64,000 nt of DNA from the human T2T-CHM13v2.0 reference genome, Homo sapiens, in the NCBI RefSeq assembly GCF_009914755.1, contig NC_060925.1, one strand, 5' to 3'. Under the pieces are notes generated by a model that saw only the letters and a list, made by a program, of their open reading frames with translations, was not told the DNA's origin and did not search any database. Shown piece by piece: positions 60,642 through 64,000 of the stretch; position 1 is the stretch's first letter; each line of letters opens with the position of its first letter. A program made the position numbers and the translations under genes.

Positions 60642-60859
60642 CAGGGGTTCTCAACGTTGGCACTGTTGGCATTATGGACCAGGTAATTCTTTGTTGTGGG
60701 GTATTGTCTTGTGCATTGTGGGATATTCAGCTGCATACTTAACCCACTATCAACTAAGATGTCAATAGCACTGCCCCACTAGTTGTGGTAACTAAAAATA
60801 TCTCCAGACATTACCAGTATCTTCTGGGGAACAAAATTGCCCCTGGTTGAATACCACTG
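60642..60859. mobile_element. MER20 hAT element
   Basis: caggggttctcaac...taattctttgttgtgggg...tctccagacatt...gttgaataccactg. Confidence 0.75.
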
Positions 60860-60974
60860 GTCCAGATACTTTTACCATATATCCTAAAGACCTTTTTAGA
60901 TTGTTGTATTCTATGTATAATAGCTGCTTTTCATACCATTCACTTATATAAATTATGACAATATATCATAGTGA

Positions 60975-61334
<360 letters not shown>

Positions 61335-61481
61335 TAAAAATCATATTTTATTCAGCCATAACTACTAATTGTACTTATGCTTAGCATATTTCTTTCTAGG
61401 ATATTTCTTTGCAGGTATGTGTTTTTACATGGTTAACATCACATGTACAGTTCTGTTTCCTGATCTTATTTACTTACTTAG

Positions 61482-61773
61482 TTTTTATTTTTTTAGAGAC
61501 GGGATCCGGCTCTGTCACCCAGGCTGGGGTGCAGTGGTGCAATCATAGCTCACTGCAGCTTTGAACTCCTGAGCTCAAGGGATCCTCCTGCCTCTCCAAT
61601 AGCTAGGACTAGAGGTGCATGCCACCATGCCTGGCTCATTTTTCATTTTTTGTAGAGATTGGGGTCTTGCTATGTTGCCCAGGCTGGTCTTGAACTCCTG
61701 GCCTCAAACAATCTTCCTGCCTTGGCCTTCCAAAGTGTGTTGGGATTATAGGAATGAGCCACCATGCCTGGCT
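61482..61773 (-). mobile_element. AluJ-like
   Basis: Diverged dimer. Confidence 0.85.
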
Positions 61774-62541
61774 GGATGAAAATATTCTAGAATTGATTGT
61801 GGTAATGATTGTACTGCTCTGAATATACTAAGCACAATTGAATTGTGCAATTTAAATTGATGAGTTATGTGGCATTTGAATTATATCTCAATAAAGCTGT
61901 TATTTTTAAAAAAGAAGCTAAACCAAATAGCATTATATGTAGTTTCTGTCTGTAGCTCTAGTTCTCTAGAAATTAAATTACTGGTTCAGGCATGTGATAA
62001 ATATTTTTGAAATAAGGTTTATTACAGTATAATTTATATAGAGTAAAATTCATCCTTTCATTGTACAGTTCTGTAAGGTTTGACATATGCATATAGTGGT
62101 AAAATTAGCACTATAATCAAGATGCAGTACATTTTCATTTCTTGTTCATGGGTTTTTATATAAACATGTTTTCATTTTTCTTGGGTAAAAGGAGTAGGAT
62201 TACTGGATCATATAAATACTGTATGTCTTCTTATATTGTGTTTTGAGAGTTCTTTATATATTTTGGATACACATCCTTTATTAATGTTTTGAAAATATTC
62301 CCCCCAGTTTGTGGCTTGTTTTCACTTTCTTTTTTTTTGCAGAAATAGGGTGCCGGGTCTTGCTTTGTTGCCTAGGCTGGTCTCATATTTCTGGCCTGAA
62401 GTGACCCTCCCACATCAGCTTCATTTTCTTAAGTGTTTTTCAAAGAGCAGAAATTTTTTATTTTGATGAAGTCTACTTTATCAATTTTTTTCTTTTATGG
62501 ATTATGCTTTTTGTGTCATATCTAACTTCTGTGCCTTTTAG

Positions 62542-62991
<450 letters not shown>

Positions 62992-63236
62992 TAGCAGGCC
63001 CTTTTTGCACCACATTCCCGCTTTGATACCATAGTGTTTTTATTTGAGTCTTGCAAGTAAAGACTATTCTAAAGTTAGTTGGGAACTGAAGCCCAAGATA
63101 GAGATTGAGGCAAGTGAATATACACACAGACATTCAGACACACAAATTTAATTTTCTAGAAATCAGCAGATAGATAGCATCAGAAGACCTAAGAGAAAGC
63201 ATATCTTGGTTTAGTCTTGTGTTTTTGTTTTAGTTT

Positions 63237-63841
<605 letters not shown>

Positions 63842-64000
63842 ATTTAGTTGTTTTTAATTAATAATGTGCTTCAGAACCCCCAGGGGAGTTCCCCCATTTC
63901 CCCACCGCCTTCCCGCCTTTACAGTATGAAAATGCCCAGGCCCTATCTATTCTAGACCTTCTGAAGTAGAACATGAGGGAGAAGGTGAAGTATTGTAGAG

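Overview
Mammalian (human-like) genomic DNA, very repeat-dense: by eye about 80 Alu/Alu-monomer copies plus L1M, L2, MIR, LTR and DNA-transposon fossils. The only protein-coding sequence I can support is the first coding exon of ZMYM4 (MAEREVESGPRKR, 40102-40140, + strand) in a CpG-island promoter at about 39650-40390. Sequence downstream of it is intron 1; upstream is intergenic. Almost all ORFs in the supplied track are Alu or low-complexity translations. Highlights: (1) an ~860-bp minisatellite of a doubly palindromic 35-bp unit (18 identical copies) about 8 kb upstream of the promoter, bracketed by a 12-bp direct repeat; (2) an old MT-ATP6 NUMT inserted just 3' of the TATA box of an LTR47-like solo LTR; (3) several unusual insertion or repair scars (a locally templated insertion, a ~90-100 bp TSD-like duplication, a 5'-inverted Alu, a twin-primed L1, serial Alu insertion at one target); (4) a young AluYd8, a 7SL pseudogene and a two-LTR MaLR provirus. 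Repeat subfamily names come from recalled consensus sequences and boundaries are approximate; no searches were run.
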